A stretch of DNA of 64,000 nucleotides, from positions 1,568,001 through 1,632,000 of the forward strand of contig OZ271918.1 of assembly GCA_965602015.1 (NCBI GenBank), written 5' to 3'. The translations under genes and the position numbers were made by a program. This document shows positions 37,972-47,541 of the stretch, piece by piece. The DNA comes from Salinispira sp. (lineage in GTDB: Bacteria > Spirochaetota > Spirochaetia > DSM-27196 > Salinispiraceae). The notes under the pieces were generated by a model. That model worked only from the letters and a program-made list of their open reading frames with translations. It searched no databases and was not told the origin of the DNA. How positions within the stretch are numbered: position 1 is the first letter of the stretch; every line of letters begins with the position of its first letter.

Positions 37972-38981
37972 CACATGCCCCGGCTCTGAAAGAGATATGC
38001 AAAATAGCCGGCATAGGAAACCAAAAAGAGTATTCCGCTCCATCGCTCAAGCCGCCGCCGCATCAGTGTAATGAGAAACAAAAGCAGGCTGACGGCTATC
38101 ATTGCCGCCAGATCGACGGTAAAGCCCCTGGCGAAAATATCCAGGGGAGTAACCAGGCTCGTTGCACCGAGGACCATGAGGCTGTTAAAAATATTGCTGC
38201 CGACAATGTTCCCGACGGAGATATCCATCTGCTTTTTTGTCGCAGCGATGACGCTTGTTATCAGCTCTGGAAGGCTGGTGCCGAATGCAACAACCGTAAT
38301 GCCGATGAAGCGCTCTGAAGCTCCAAAGAGCTCCCGTGCCATCCACGAAGCCCCGTCGATGAGAAAATCAGAACCAAAACCGAGGGCTGCGATGCCAATT
38401 CCCACCTGTATTAGCAGCAGGTAGACCGGCTTTTGCGTATCGGATTCCCCGACCTCATCCATTTCGACAAGCTCGCCGACCTCGTCCTGGTGGCCCATCC
38501 CGTAACGGTATAAAAACACGATGTAGGCCAAAAGAGCGGCGATCATGATGATGCCCTCATAGCGGAAAATCCGCCCTGCCCCGCCGTCCAGGCCTTCCCA
38601 GGGCATGGGAAGCACCACGGCAAAAAACAGCAGGTAGCTTGCGAACATCAGCGGAAGGTCTCTACGGATAATTCCCCGGCTTACCGGGATGGGGATTATG
38701 AGGGCTGAAAGCCCGAGAATTAGGGCGATATTTATGATGTTGCTTCCGACCACATTTCCGAGGCTTATTTCTTTAAACCCCTGTACTGCGGAAATGAGGC
38801 TGACGAACAGCTCGGGCGCGCTGGTACCAAAGGCTACGACGGTGAGGCCGACCACCAGGGGGGCAATGCGGAACTTTAGCGCAAGCCCTCCTGCCCCTTT
38901 TACCAGGAAGTTGCCCCCGAAATATAAGAGCACTAGGCCTGCGATGAGCAGGAAGCTGTTAAACACTATTTGCGCGGTCAT
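37971..38981 (-). CDS. Calcium/sodium antiporter (YrbG/CaCA family)
   Basis: Twin alpha repeats GTSAPEL...GNVVGSN and GTSLPEL...GNIVGSN. Confidence 0.92.
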   Translation of the reverse strand: MTAQIVFNSFLLIAGLVLLYFGGNFLVKGAGGLALKFRIAPLVVGLTVVAFGTSAPELFVSLISAVQGFKEISLGNVVGSNIINIALILGLSALIIPIPVSRGIIRRDLPLMFASYLLFFAVVLPMPWEGLDGGAGRIFRYEGIIMIAALLAYIVFLYRYGMGHQDEVGELVEMDEVGESDTQKPVYLLLIQVGIGIAALGFGSDFLIDGASWMARELFGASERFIGITVVAFGTSLPELITSVIAATKKQMDISVGNIVGSNIFNSLMVLGATSLVTPLDIFARGFTVDLAAMIAVSLLLFLITLMRRRLERWSGILFLVSYAGYFAYLFQSRGM

Positions 38982-39190
38982 TCGGGCCTCTGAAGCAGCT
39001 CGAGGATTTGCGACCTGCTCAGCATCCGCTCTTCGATAACTTCCACCCGTTTGATATCTACCGGCTCCTCGATGTGTTCTTTCTGACAGTAACTCAGGGC
39101 GTCGAACACCGACTCGAAGCTGTCGGTGGATATTGTCTCTCCCATTTTTTTATACGTCAGCACGTATTTTACCCGGTTGTCAGTTCCCAT
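38978..39190 (-). CDS. Small hypothetical protein (70 aa)
   Basis: Fills the gap between uppS and the antiporter; ATGA overlap with the antiporter start. Confidence 0.55.
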   Translation of the reverse strand: MGTDNRVKYVLTYKKMGETISTDSFESVFDALSYCQKEHIEEPVDIKRVEVIEERMLSRSQILELLQRPE

Positions 39191-39268
39191 TTTTTTGCAC
39201 GCTATCCTTTATTTTTATTCCTGTGACCTGACTAAGAGTACTAGAGGCAGGGCCCGAGTGCAACTGAA

Positions 39269-39973
39269 TCATACGGCGGACAAGACTCCGCCGTAACGCC
39301 GGGAGCGTCCCCGGTACCACGATAGAATATCCCGAAGCTCTTTTTCTGAAAAATCCGGCCAGAGGCTCTCGGAAAAATAGATTTCTGCATAGCTGCTCCG
39401 CCAGAGCATAAAATTGCTCAGCCGCCTCTCTCCGCCGCTTCGTATCACCAAATCCAGGTCGGGAAGCTGGGGCTGGTCCAGGTATGCGTGAATTCGCTCT
39501 TCGCTTAAATCAGTAGGATCCACCCCCGCTGCCCAGGCATTGCGCATGGCCCTGAGGATTTCATCACGGCCACCGTAGTTTATTGCCAGGTTCACCGCCA
39601 TGCCGTCGAATCCTTCGGTTTGCTCTTCCACGTCCTGTATCTCTGCCCGGATATCCGGCGGAAGTATGCTAAGGTCCCCCGAATGAAGCACCCGAATTTT
39701 GTTCTCGCGGTAGAAGCGGTATTCCCGCTTAAGGCTGTTTCGGATAAGGTTCATAAGAAACGACACTTCCTCTTCGCTGCGCTTCCAGTTCTCCGTTGAA
39801 AAAGTGTACAGGGTCAAGAAGGCAACTCCCTCGTCTGCACAGGCCTTGACGATTCGCTTGGCAGTTGCCAGCCCTTCTTTGTGTCCTGCGCTGCGGTTCT
39901 TTCCCCGACGCTGGGCCCAGCGCCCGTTTCCGTCCATAATTATCCCGATGTGATCAATTGTTTTTTCCTGCAT
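39269..39973 (-). CDS. uppS: Undecaprenyl diphosphate synthase (cis-prenyltransferase)
   Basis: HIGIIMDGNGRWA, FSTENWKR, NYGGR.EI, RSGGERRLSNFMLW, WPDF. Confidence 0.95.
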   Translation of the reverse strand: MQEKTIDHIGIIMDGNGRWAQRRGKNRSAGHKEGLATAKRIVKACADEGVAFLTLYTFSTENWKRSEEEVSFLMNLIRNSLKREYRFYRENKIRVLHSGDLSILPPDIRAEIQDVEEQTEGFDGMAVNLAINYGGRDEILRAMRNAWAAGVDPTDLSEERIHAYLDQPQLPDLDLVIRSGGERRLSNFMLWRSSYAEIYFSESLWPDFSEKELRDILSWYRGRSRRYGGVLSAV

Positions 39974-39991
39974 GACGCCCCTCCTCGCTAC

Positions 39992-41353
39992 TCAGATAAA
40001 TGAAAAAACCACGGGAAAAACCAGCCCCACAGTCATGAACCAGATCAGGTAGACAATGAAGTAATTCCCCTGAACCGTAAGCAGTTTTCCCGCCGGCACG
40101 CCGCTGCGCAGGTGCCTGAAGTTGAACAGCGCTAATAACGACAGGTTCCCCAGCAAAAGAATGTTGGACACCAGGGAAGTTATTTTATTCGGACTGATGC
40201 CGTATTCGCCGAGGCGATATACCATGGCGGCCAATACAAAGGCATCGATTGCCAGTGCGATAACAATGAGCCCGAGGTTAACCGCGTCCTGAAACCGGTA
40301 TTTAACACGATCTCCCCTGGTACTCACAGAAAACACCACGACGGCGATGACCGCCAGAAGCATGGCATCCATGAGAATCAGCACATCACGATCAACACTA
40401 AAGGAAGCCCCTCCGAGAACAAACAGCACCAAAAAAAGCAGCAGAATTAGCAAAAGCGGTACGGCAATGATCCGTGCCAACACCGGTGCAAAGTTTTCAA
40501 CCAGGGATCGTTTTTGCTGAACCAAGAGCATCCCTATATACAACAATGCGGGGGGAACAACCGGAAATATCCATTGGAGAACTGCATTCTCAATGTTGAT
40601 ATCTATGAGGAAAAAGAGACCAACGCTCAATCCCGAAAGGGCAGCGGCAGCGAGACCGATGAGCACCGAGTAGACCGTAACTTCTCCGCTGAATCGGATA
40701 AAATCCATTTTCCCGTCAACGGAAAGGGGAATATCCGGATCCCTGAACACAGAGAAGATGATCCAGGCCCCCAGGGGAATGTGCAGCCCGCTGAGAATCA
40801 GGGTCTGACTCTCTTCTGGAAATGGATAGAAATTTACCAAAAGGGGCGATAGCAGCAGGAGGGCCGGGAGAATAAGCGTTTTTTTCGGACGCTCTCCCCG
40901 AATCCATCGTCTGGCGATGTGATACAGGGCGGCTACCGGCAACACCATCATGGAGAGGTTAAGAAAGTAGCGCCAGAAATTCCCGGTAATCCCGCCGGGG
41001 GAAAAGCTGGGAATCAGAGACAGCAGTATAACCGCTGCCAGGCCGGCGCCGGCAAGAATACGTTCTTTCAAGGATGCCGCATCAGCATCACTGACGGCTC
41101 CGGATTTCCGGCCTGCCAGGCTCTTCCATAGTTTGTCGCTGCGCTTTTGTACCTGCAGACTGATAAGTTCATTCTCGCTGCCAAGGCGCCTGATTGCGAT
41201 GATTGCCGCCTCATCCTCAGTCAACCCCATTGAAACCAAGTCATCAACGGAATCCAAAAGGTGGCTTTCGAGTTCTTCCCGGTCTTCTTCGCCCAGATCG
41301 CTTCGCTCAGAAATCCGACTCAACCATAGCTGCATCTCAGTTCGTATATCCAT
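39992..41353 (-). CDS. Permease-prefix-domain multi-pass membrane protein
   Basis: N-terminal EELESHL.D..DDL...GL.EDEA...A..RLG domain followed by about ten TM helices; RL.EYG.SPNK. Confidence 0.8.
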   Translation of the reverse strand: MDIRTEMQLWLSRISERSDLGEEDREELESHLLDSVDDLVSMGLTEDEAAIIAIRRLGSENELISLQVQKRSDKLWKSLAGRKSGAVSDADAASLKERILAGAGLAAVILLSLIPSFSPGGITGNFWRYFLNLSMMVLPVAALYHIARRWIRGERPKKTLILPALLLLSPLLVNFYPFPEESQTLILSGLHIPLGAWIIFSVFRDPDIPLSVDGKMDFIRFSGEVTVYSVLIGLAAAALSGLSVGLFFLIDINIENAVLQWIFPVVPPALLYIGMLLVQQKRSLVENFAPVLARIIAVPLLLILLLFLVLFVLGGASFSVDRDVLILMDAMLLAVIAVVVFSVSTRGDRVKYRFQDAVNLGLIVIALAIDAFVLAAMVYRLGEYGISPNKITSLVSNILLLGNLSLLALFNFRHLRSGVPAGKLLTVQGNYFIVYLIWFMTVGLVFPVVFSFI

Positions 41354-41358
41354 AGTTT

Positions 41359-41691
41359 CTAACCTTCCTGCGGCCTGATGCGGTCTATCATGGTCGCCAC
41401 AAAATCCCATTGAACGCAGAGTTCATCAAATGACCGGCGTCCCGCATCCAACACCCGATAGTACTTTCGCCGCCGGTTGCCGGCGCCGGACTGCCAATAT
41501 GATTCGATCCATCCGGATTTTTCCAACCGGTGCAGGATGGGGTACAGCATGCCTTCGGACCATTGCCAACGGCTTGATGACAGCTGTTCCACCTGTTTGA
41601 TTATTTCGTAGCCGTAGGAATCGTTATTCATGAGAATCGACAGCACAATTAGCGGCGCCGATGCTGCAACCAGATCCTTCGATACATTCAT
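41359..41691 (-). CDS. PadR family transcriptional regulator
   Basis: DSYGYEII, EGMLYPILHRLE..G.I, RRKYY. Confidence 0.92.
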   Translation of the reverse strand: MNVSKDLVAASAPLIVLSILMNNDSYGYEIIKQVEQLSSSRWQWSEGMLYPILHRLEKSGWIESYWQSGAGNRRRKYYRVLDAGRRSFDELCVQWDFVATMIDRIRPQEG

Positions 41692-41692
41692 G

Positions 41693-41742
41693 TTACCTCG
41701 CAGTTCTATGTATAGCACTTCTATACATAGCTATCAAGGTAA
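41693..41742. promoter_or_regulatory. Inverted-repeat operator upstream of padR
   Basis: Perfect CTATGTATAG-N5-CTATACATAG (41706-41730) flanked by TTACCT and AGGTAA. Confidence 0.7.
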
Positions 41743-41882
41743 AGATAAAGAAAATTACCTGTTAACGATGTTGGGAATCTGGGATGGTACATATTGTAAT
41801 TTAACCTGTGGTCATTATTTATATGTATGATTTTGTATACTTCACGAAACATCACTCGCAATTTCCTGCGATTTTTTAATAA

Positions 41883-43724
41883 TCAGAGGTTGTTTGACGT
41901 ACAATACTGGTTTATGACGTCGAGGAAACTTTCACCGTACACCCGGGCCTTGTGCTCACCCACACCCCTCACACGATGAAAGTCACTGAGGCTGCGGGGC
42001 ACGATTCGCGCCATATCCCTGAGGCTCACATCGGAAAACACCACATAGGGAGGTTTGCCTATTTCCCGGGCAATCGCCGTTCTATGCTCCCGAAGTTTTT
42101 CAAACAGTTCATGGTCATGAGGCCCATCGGCCTCGTGGGTAAATTGGGATCGGGCTTTTTTTAGGTCTTCCTGACGGCGCTTAATAGTATCAAAACTGAT
42201 GAGCTGGACTTCTTCCCGACCATACATGACGGGCTTCGATAATTCGGTGAACTTAAGCGTGAAATGATCCCGGTAATCTATTTCGAGAATGCCCAGCTGA
42301 ATCATCTGCTGAATATATAGCTGCCAGGCAAAGGCCGAAGTTTCCCGTCCCGCCCCATAGGTCTTGATCGCATGAAGGCCCCGCTCTTCAATTTCGCGGG
42401 TAGCGGAACCGCGCAAAACATCGACCAAGGTGGTGACTGAAAGTTTCTCCCGGGCACGGATGACCGCGGAAAGAGCTTTTTGTGCGTGAATGCTGCCGTT
42501 AAAATACTCCGGAGGATTGGAGCAAACATCACAATTTCCACAGGGCTCGCTGACCGCCTCGCTGAAATAAGAGAGCAGTACCCGTCGTCGGCAGACCGAA
42601 CTTTCGGCATATTCCTGCATACGATCGAGTTTAGCCCGTTGAATCCGCCGATAATCGGGGTCGGATATTTCTTCGATATATCCCTGACGTGTCTGAACAT
42701 CCCGATAGCTATAAAAGAGAAAGGCTTCGGCAGGATCGCCGTCCCGCCCTGCCCGGCCGATCTCCTGATAATAACTTTCCAGGTTCCCGGGCATGTTGTA
42801 ATGATTCACAAATCGGATATCCGGTTTGTCTATGCCCATACCGAAGGCGATTGTGGCGCAAATGACCGGTGTGCGACCGTCGATGAACCGATCGTGCACC
42901 GAGTCACGGTCCTCATCGCTCATTCCCGCATGGTAGGCCTCTGCCTTATGACCGGATGAGTTCAGTTTATCTGAGAGCTGCTCGCAGGCCCGACGGCTGC
43001 CGCAGTAAATAATACCGCTCTCCAGCGGGTGGCGGGATAGGATCGAGAGTATCTGCTGATACTTTTTTTGGCCCGGCAACACGCTCAGGGAGATGTTCGG
43101 CCGGTCGAATGAACTGATAAACGATTCGGGTTCTTTCATGCCCAGAAGATCGCCGATTTCACTCCGCACTGCCCGGTCCGCAGTCGCCGTAAGAGCGGCG
43201 ACCGGCACGCCGGGCAATCGCTCGACCAGCCGTCTGAGCTGTCGGTACTCCGGACGAAAACTGTGCCCCCAACTGGAGACGCAGTGGGCTTCATCGATGG
43301 CCAGAAGCCGGATCGGCAGGCCGGGAAGCTCGGAGAGGAATCCAGCGCTTAGAGCCCGCTCTGGACTTACATATAATAGTTTGGTTGCTCCGCTGCGGAC
43401 CCGTTCCAATACAGCTCGGCCTTCGTCGGGTTTTACGGTAGAATTATAAAACGCAGCATCCACCCCGTTGGCCTGAAGAGCGTTGACCTGGTCTTTCATG
43501 AGAGAGATGAGGGGGGAAATCACCAGAGTCACACCCTCGTTGACCAGCGACGGAATCTGATAGCACAGCGACTTGCCCCCGCCGGTGGGCATAAGAATTA
43601 TGCAATCGCCGCCCTCGAGCAAGCGCTCGATGATTTCCCTCTGGGGATGGCGGAAACTCTGGTATCCGAAGGTGGATTTCAAGACTTCAATAAGCTGATC
43701 GCTGCCGGTGCTGGGTTTTTCCAT
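41883..43724 (-). CDS. recQ: ATP-dependent DNA helicase RecQ
   Basis: MPTGGGKSLCYQ, DEAHCVS.WGH.FRP, ATIAFGMGIDK, YQEIGRAGRDG, CRR..CG.CD.C and HRDC motif PPYVVF.D. Confidence 0.95.
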   Translation of the reverse strand: MEKPSTGSDQLIEVLKSTFGYQSFRHPQREIIERLLEGGDCIILMPTGGGKSLCYQIPSLVNEGVTLVISPLISLMKDQVNALQANGVDAAFYNSTVKPDEGRAVLERVRSGATKLLYVSPERALSAGFLSELPGLPIRLLAIDEAHCVSSWGHSFRPEYRQLRRLVERLPGVPVAALTATADRAVRSEIGDLLGMKEPESFISSFDRPNISLSVLPGQKKYQQILSILSRHPLESGIIYCGSRRACEQLSDKLNSSGHKAEAYHAGMSDEDRDSVHDRFIDGRTPVICATIAFGMGIDKPDIRFVNHYNMPGNLESYYQEIGRAGRDGDPAEAFLFYSYRDVQTRQGYIEEISDPDYRRIQRAKLDRMQEYAESSVCRRRVLLSYFSEAVSEPCGNCDVCSNPPEYFNGSIHAQKALSAVIRAREKLSVTTLVDVLRGSATREIEERGLHAIKTYGAGRETSAFAWQLYIQQMIQLGILEIDYRDHFTLKFTELSKPVMYGREEVQLISFDTIKRRQEDLKKARSQFTHEADGPHDHELFEKLREHRTAIAREIGKPPYVVFSDVSLRDMARIVPRSLSDFHRVRGVGEHKARVYGESFLDVINQYCTSNNL

Positions 43725-43890
43725 CGCCGACAACTGTATCACAAAGCAGTGAAGCGGCGCATCAGACAGCGGAAAAAAGTGGACTAGCCGGGAATATCGG
43801 TATTTAATATTGAACGCATATTTACACAGGTCCAGCGTTCGCCAGGCGATCATGCCGGAAAGGTTGTACCGCCGCAGAAGGGAGCAGGTT

Positions 43891-44892
43891 ATGGCGTATT
43901 ATATGGGAGTTGATATTGGTGCCAGCACAGTCAAACTCGGATTGTATCACCGGTCAAAAGGCATCATCGGCACACGGATGGACTATCCCGCCAGGGCCAA
44001 CGAGGGACCGGAGGCCACAATGCAGGTAATCAAATCCGCATCCAGCGCCATTTTGGAACAGCATGGGCTCAGCGCCGGAGCGTTGACCGCCGCAGGGGCC
44101 TGCTGCCCCACGCCGATTGACCTGGAGGGGATGTGCGTGTACCCGACAAATATCGACGACTCCTGGCGGGGCGTAAATGTGAAAGAGCTGTTATCCCGTA
44201 CCCTCGGCGTACCTGCCCTGCTTCTCAATGATGGAGACGCCGCAGCCTATCGGGAGTATCAGGTACGAAAAGACCGGAAGATTGAATCGCCCCTGATGGC
44301 CCAACTGATAACCGGCACCGGTCTTGGCGGATCGGTAATCATCGCGGGCGATATTCTTGTCGGCCCCCTGCCGGCCACCGAGCTGGGTCACATACCAACC
44401 GATTCATCTTCTGATGCTGATCACTGCGGCTGCGGAGCCACAGGATGCGCGGAAACCAAATCCTCTCTGATGGGTCTGAGAAATCTCGTGCGCCGGAGGC
44501 AGGCCCTGGGCAATGTACCCCTTGAGCTGCAGGGAGAGCCCATGACGGTGGCAAAAACTCTCAGACGTCTGAGCCAACAAGACCAGCCGCTGAGCGATGT
44601 CACCGACATTTGGAGAATCTATTTCGCTAACCTCGGTGTCCTTTCAAGAATTATCTCCAACGCCTTCGGGTGCAACCTCATCGTTATATCCGGAGGAGCC
44701 CAGGAGCGGGAAGCAGGGGTTTCCGAGGCAGCCTACGAGCGTTTCAAATCCGATGCCATTGGGTGGATTCGCGAGACCCTGGAAGCGGGCTTTCCCCACC
44801 TGCGGAATGTACGGGTTGAGTGGGCAATAGACGAGATCCCCGATAGCGCCTGTTTCGGCGCAGCCCAATATGCCGCGGCCCGAATTGCATAG
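43891..44892 (+). CDS. ROK family sugar kinase (no HTH)
   Basis: GVDIG, NDGDAAA, GTGLGG, ELGH...CGCG..GC.E. Confidence 0.88.
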   Translation: MAYYMGVDIGASTVKLGLYHRSKGIIGTRMDYPARANEGPEATMQVIKSASSAILEQHGLSAGALTAAGACCPTPIDLEGMCVYPTNIDDSWRGVNVKELLSRTLGVPALLLNDGDAAAYREYQVRKDRKIESPLMAQLITGTGLGGSVIIAGDILVGPLPATELGHIPTDSSSDADHCGCGATGCAETKSSLMGLRNLVRRRQALGNVPLELQGEPMTVAKTLRRLSQQDQPLSDVTDIWRIYFANLGVLSRIISNAFGCNLIVISGGAQEREAGVSEAAYERFKSDAIGWIRETLEAGFPHLRNVRVEWAIDEIPDSACFGAAQYAAARIA

Positions 44893-44951
44893 CGCACCCT
44901 CCAATAGGTAATCCGCCGGCGGCTTTCTGATAATAATTAACCCGGAGTAAA

Positions 44952-44981
44952 ATTGAATGATACTTCAATATGGTATATGTT
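44952..44981 (+). promoter_or_regulatory. Probable promoter with overlapping inverted repeat ahead of the large lipoprotein
   Basis: ATTGAA-N6-TTCAAT over a TTGAAT -35-like hexamer; AAGGAGG RBS downstream. Confidence 0.4.
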
Positions 44982-45018
44982 GTTATAGTCCCACTACATG
45001 TAAAAAGGAGGCTCTATC

Positions 45019-47532
45019 TTGAAAAATAGAACCTTGATACTTGCAATTGCGGTAATTGCCGTCGCGGCCATTACCGGTTGTAACCTGGCAAACCTGACAA
45101 TCCCGGAAACCATTACCATTAAAGGCGCACCTGCCCTGGAAGTGCCCGGCGGAGTACGCGAAGTGGATGTCCTTGGTCTCATCGGCTTTCAAGACATCCT
45201 CAGCGGTATAGAAGATCCGGAGACCGGCATTTCCCTTGCGGACACCGCCCCCGGTGAACCGCTGGCCCTCAATCTCAGGAAGGAATTAATAGACATCTCC
45301 CTTGATGATTTCGCCGGAGAAACCCTTGACCCCACTGCCGTCAGTCAGACAATAAACGTCAGTTTTGATATCCCCAGCATTGACCTGACAACTCCTTCAA
45401 TTACCAGCAACATTGCCCCGATCGCATTGCCCGGGTCCATTTCCATACCCCCCCAGTCTTTTCCCGGAGTTGAGCCACCGGCCCCTCAAGCCCTACCGGC
45501 GATCAGCGCCACGGTTCCCGCAAGCGGATTTACTTCGGTAACCTTTGACGGAGGGACCCTTGAGGCGGTTCTGAGCCTGGCAAATGCTTCGGGAGGCTTA
45601 ACGGTCGACGTGACCAGCGCTGATATACTTCCGGCCGGCGGAGGCACTCCCATCGCCGCTGCTGCTTCAATCACCGGTACTGCTACCAGCATCACCGATA
45701 TTACCATCACCTTTAACCTGGCAGGAATTACCCTCCCAGACAGTTTCGACATTGAACTCATAGCAAATGCCGATGGGGGGGATACCTCTGCATTTGACAT
45801 GAACCTTAACTTTGCCTTCTCTGCGGCTACAATATCCGCCGCCGAAGGAGTCGACTTCACCGAGAGCGTCGGGGGAAGCACCACCATTCCAAGCGCCTCG
45901 GCGGATTTTCAAACTGCCACAATAGGTTCGGGTTCTCTCGATCTGACTACCACCCTCCTGCCGGGGTTTACGGGCATCGGGACCGATGTTTCCATTACCC
46001 TGAATCAGGGAGGTTCTCCCATCGCCGGGGTGACCTGGCCGTACGATATGAGCGGCGGCCCCCTCGATCTTTCGGGGCTGACAATCTCAAATCAGGATAT
46101 CGTCGTGGATTACACCGTTGACATCACCGGCACTAACGCTACCTTCGCCCTCGACGCTGGGGCCGACGAGGTAACCGTCGACGTCACGGCTGACATCATC
46201 GATTTCTCATCTCTCGACGTTCCCGCTTCATTAATCGACACCAGCGGCATTGCCATCGATCCCATCGCAATACCGCAGGAAGTGCAGGATTTCGTCGATA
46301 CCGCAACCTTCGTCAATCCGGTCCTTCAGGTCCGGCTCGACAACCAGCTGCCCGCCGGGGTGGACATCGACCTCAACCTCGCCGTGGTACCCGCGGGATT
46401 CGCCCTGGCACCCCAGGGCTCCAGCTCCTTTCCTCCGGGCGCAGAGACCACAAATTTCTGGGAACTCACAAGCCGGACGGTCACCATGGACTTTGCGCAA
46501 ATTACCGTAACTCCTAGCGTAACCGTGGCAGGAGGTGCTGACCCCGTGACCTTGAGCAATGTTGCACCGGGCCAGACCTACACCTTGAGCGGATCGGTTG
46601 ATGCGACCCTTGAAATCGACGAGCTGGTAATTGCCAACTTCACCCAACCCCTGGATACCCTGCCGGATGTTCCCATCGACCTTTCCGGCATTGGCGGCAT
46701 ACTGCCCCCTGAGATTACCCTGACCGACATTACCGCCAATCTCGAGCTCAGTCCGAATGACTTCGTCGGAACTCTCTCACTGTTTCTTAATGCCCGTTAT
46801 GATCAGGATGGCGATGCCATCATCGATGAAATGGTGCTGATCGGCAGCGGTACCAGCGCTTCGCCGACTATGGCGGACTTTACCGACCTCAGCGTCGATA
46901 TCCCTCTCTCCGAAGCCGACCTGACACCGGGAGTCGGGATGGACGTGGTTATCAACGCCGCACCGGAAAACCTGGTCTTTGATTATCAGGTCGGCGTCAG
47001 CGGTGCCACTATTATAAACGACCCCGCCGAAGAAACCCGCTTCGGGGCAGTGCTGGACGGAAGAATCAATTTCGCGATGAACGCTTCTTCGGATGCGGAA
47101 CTCACGGATCCGGACACCGGCGATCCCATAATCCCTGCGGGGACCGAAGACATTTTCGGCCGAACGGCTGCCGAGCCCGACGGAGGAATCGCGGATTTCC
47201 TCGGTTTCGCAAGCCGGGTGGCACTGAACTATGAGATGGACAACAATCTGGGCATTCAAATCAAGGCGGCAATCGTGGACGATGCCATTGGTACGACTCC
47301 CGGTGAGTTCAGAAAAGAAATCGATTTGATCTCCGGATCAAACGTCATAGAACTCACTGCTGAAGACATCCAGCGAATTGTCGATGACTACGACTTCAGG
47401 CCCGCAGTGCACTTGTTTATTGCGGAGGGCAATCATCAGATTCTGACCGACGGCACGGTGACCATCAGCGCATCTATTCTGGTGGAAAGCGACGTTGAAT
47501 ACGTGTTCGACCTCAGCGGATCGGAAGAATAG
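45019..47532 (+). CDS. Large acidic beta-rich lipoprotein with internal repeats
   Basis: TTG start after AAGGAGG; lipobox ITGC; T/D/I/G/S/A-rich composition. Confidence 0.8.
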   Translation: MKNRTLILAIAVIAVAAITGCNLANLTIPETITIKGAPALEVPGGVREVDVLGLIGFQDILSGIEDPETGISLADTAPGEPLALNLRKELIDISLDDFAGETLDPTAVSQTINVSFDIPSIDLTTPSITSNIAPIALPGSISIPPQSFPGVEPPAPQALPAISATVPASGFTSVTFDGGTLEAVLSLANASGGLTVDVTSADILPAGGGTPIAAAASITGTATSITDITITFNLAGITLPDSFDIELIANADGGDTSAFDMNLNFAFSAATISAAEGVDFTESVGGSTTIPSASADFQTATIGSGSLDLTTTLLPGFTGIGTDVSITLNQGGSPIAGVTWPYDMSGGPLDLSGLTISNQDIVVDYTVDITGTNATFALDAGADEVTVDVTADIIDFSSLDVPASLIDTSGIAIDPIAIPQEVQDFVDTATFVNPVLQVRLDNQLPAGVDIDLNLAVVPAGFALAPQGSSSFPPGAETTNFWELTSRTVTMDFAQITVTPSVTVAGGADPVTLSNVAPGQTYTLSGSVDATLEIDELVIANFTQPLDTLPDVPIDLSGIGGILPPEITLTDITANLELSPNDFVGTLSLFLNARYDQDGDAIIDEMVLIGSGTSASPTMADFTDLSVDIPLSEADLTPGVGMDVVINAAPENLVFDYQVGVSGATIINDPAEETRFGAVLDGRINFAMNASSDAELTDPDTGDPIIPAGTEDIFGRTAAEPDGGIADFLGFASRVALNYEMDNNLGIQIKAAIVDDAIGTTPGEFRKEIDLISGSNVIELTAEDIQRIVDDYDFRPAVHLFIAEGNHQILTDGTVTISASILVESDVEYVFDLSGSEE

Positions 47533-47541
47533 GAGGCTGCC

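Noticed and set aside
41768..41878. 20-codon plus-strand ORF followed by a T-tailed hairpin (TCGCA-N6-TGCGA) in the padR-recQ gap
   Set aside because: No RBS and only a 5-bp stem; cannot be distinguished from chance or a weak recQ terminator.
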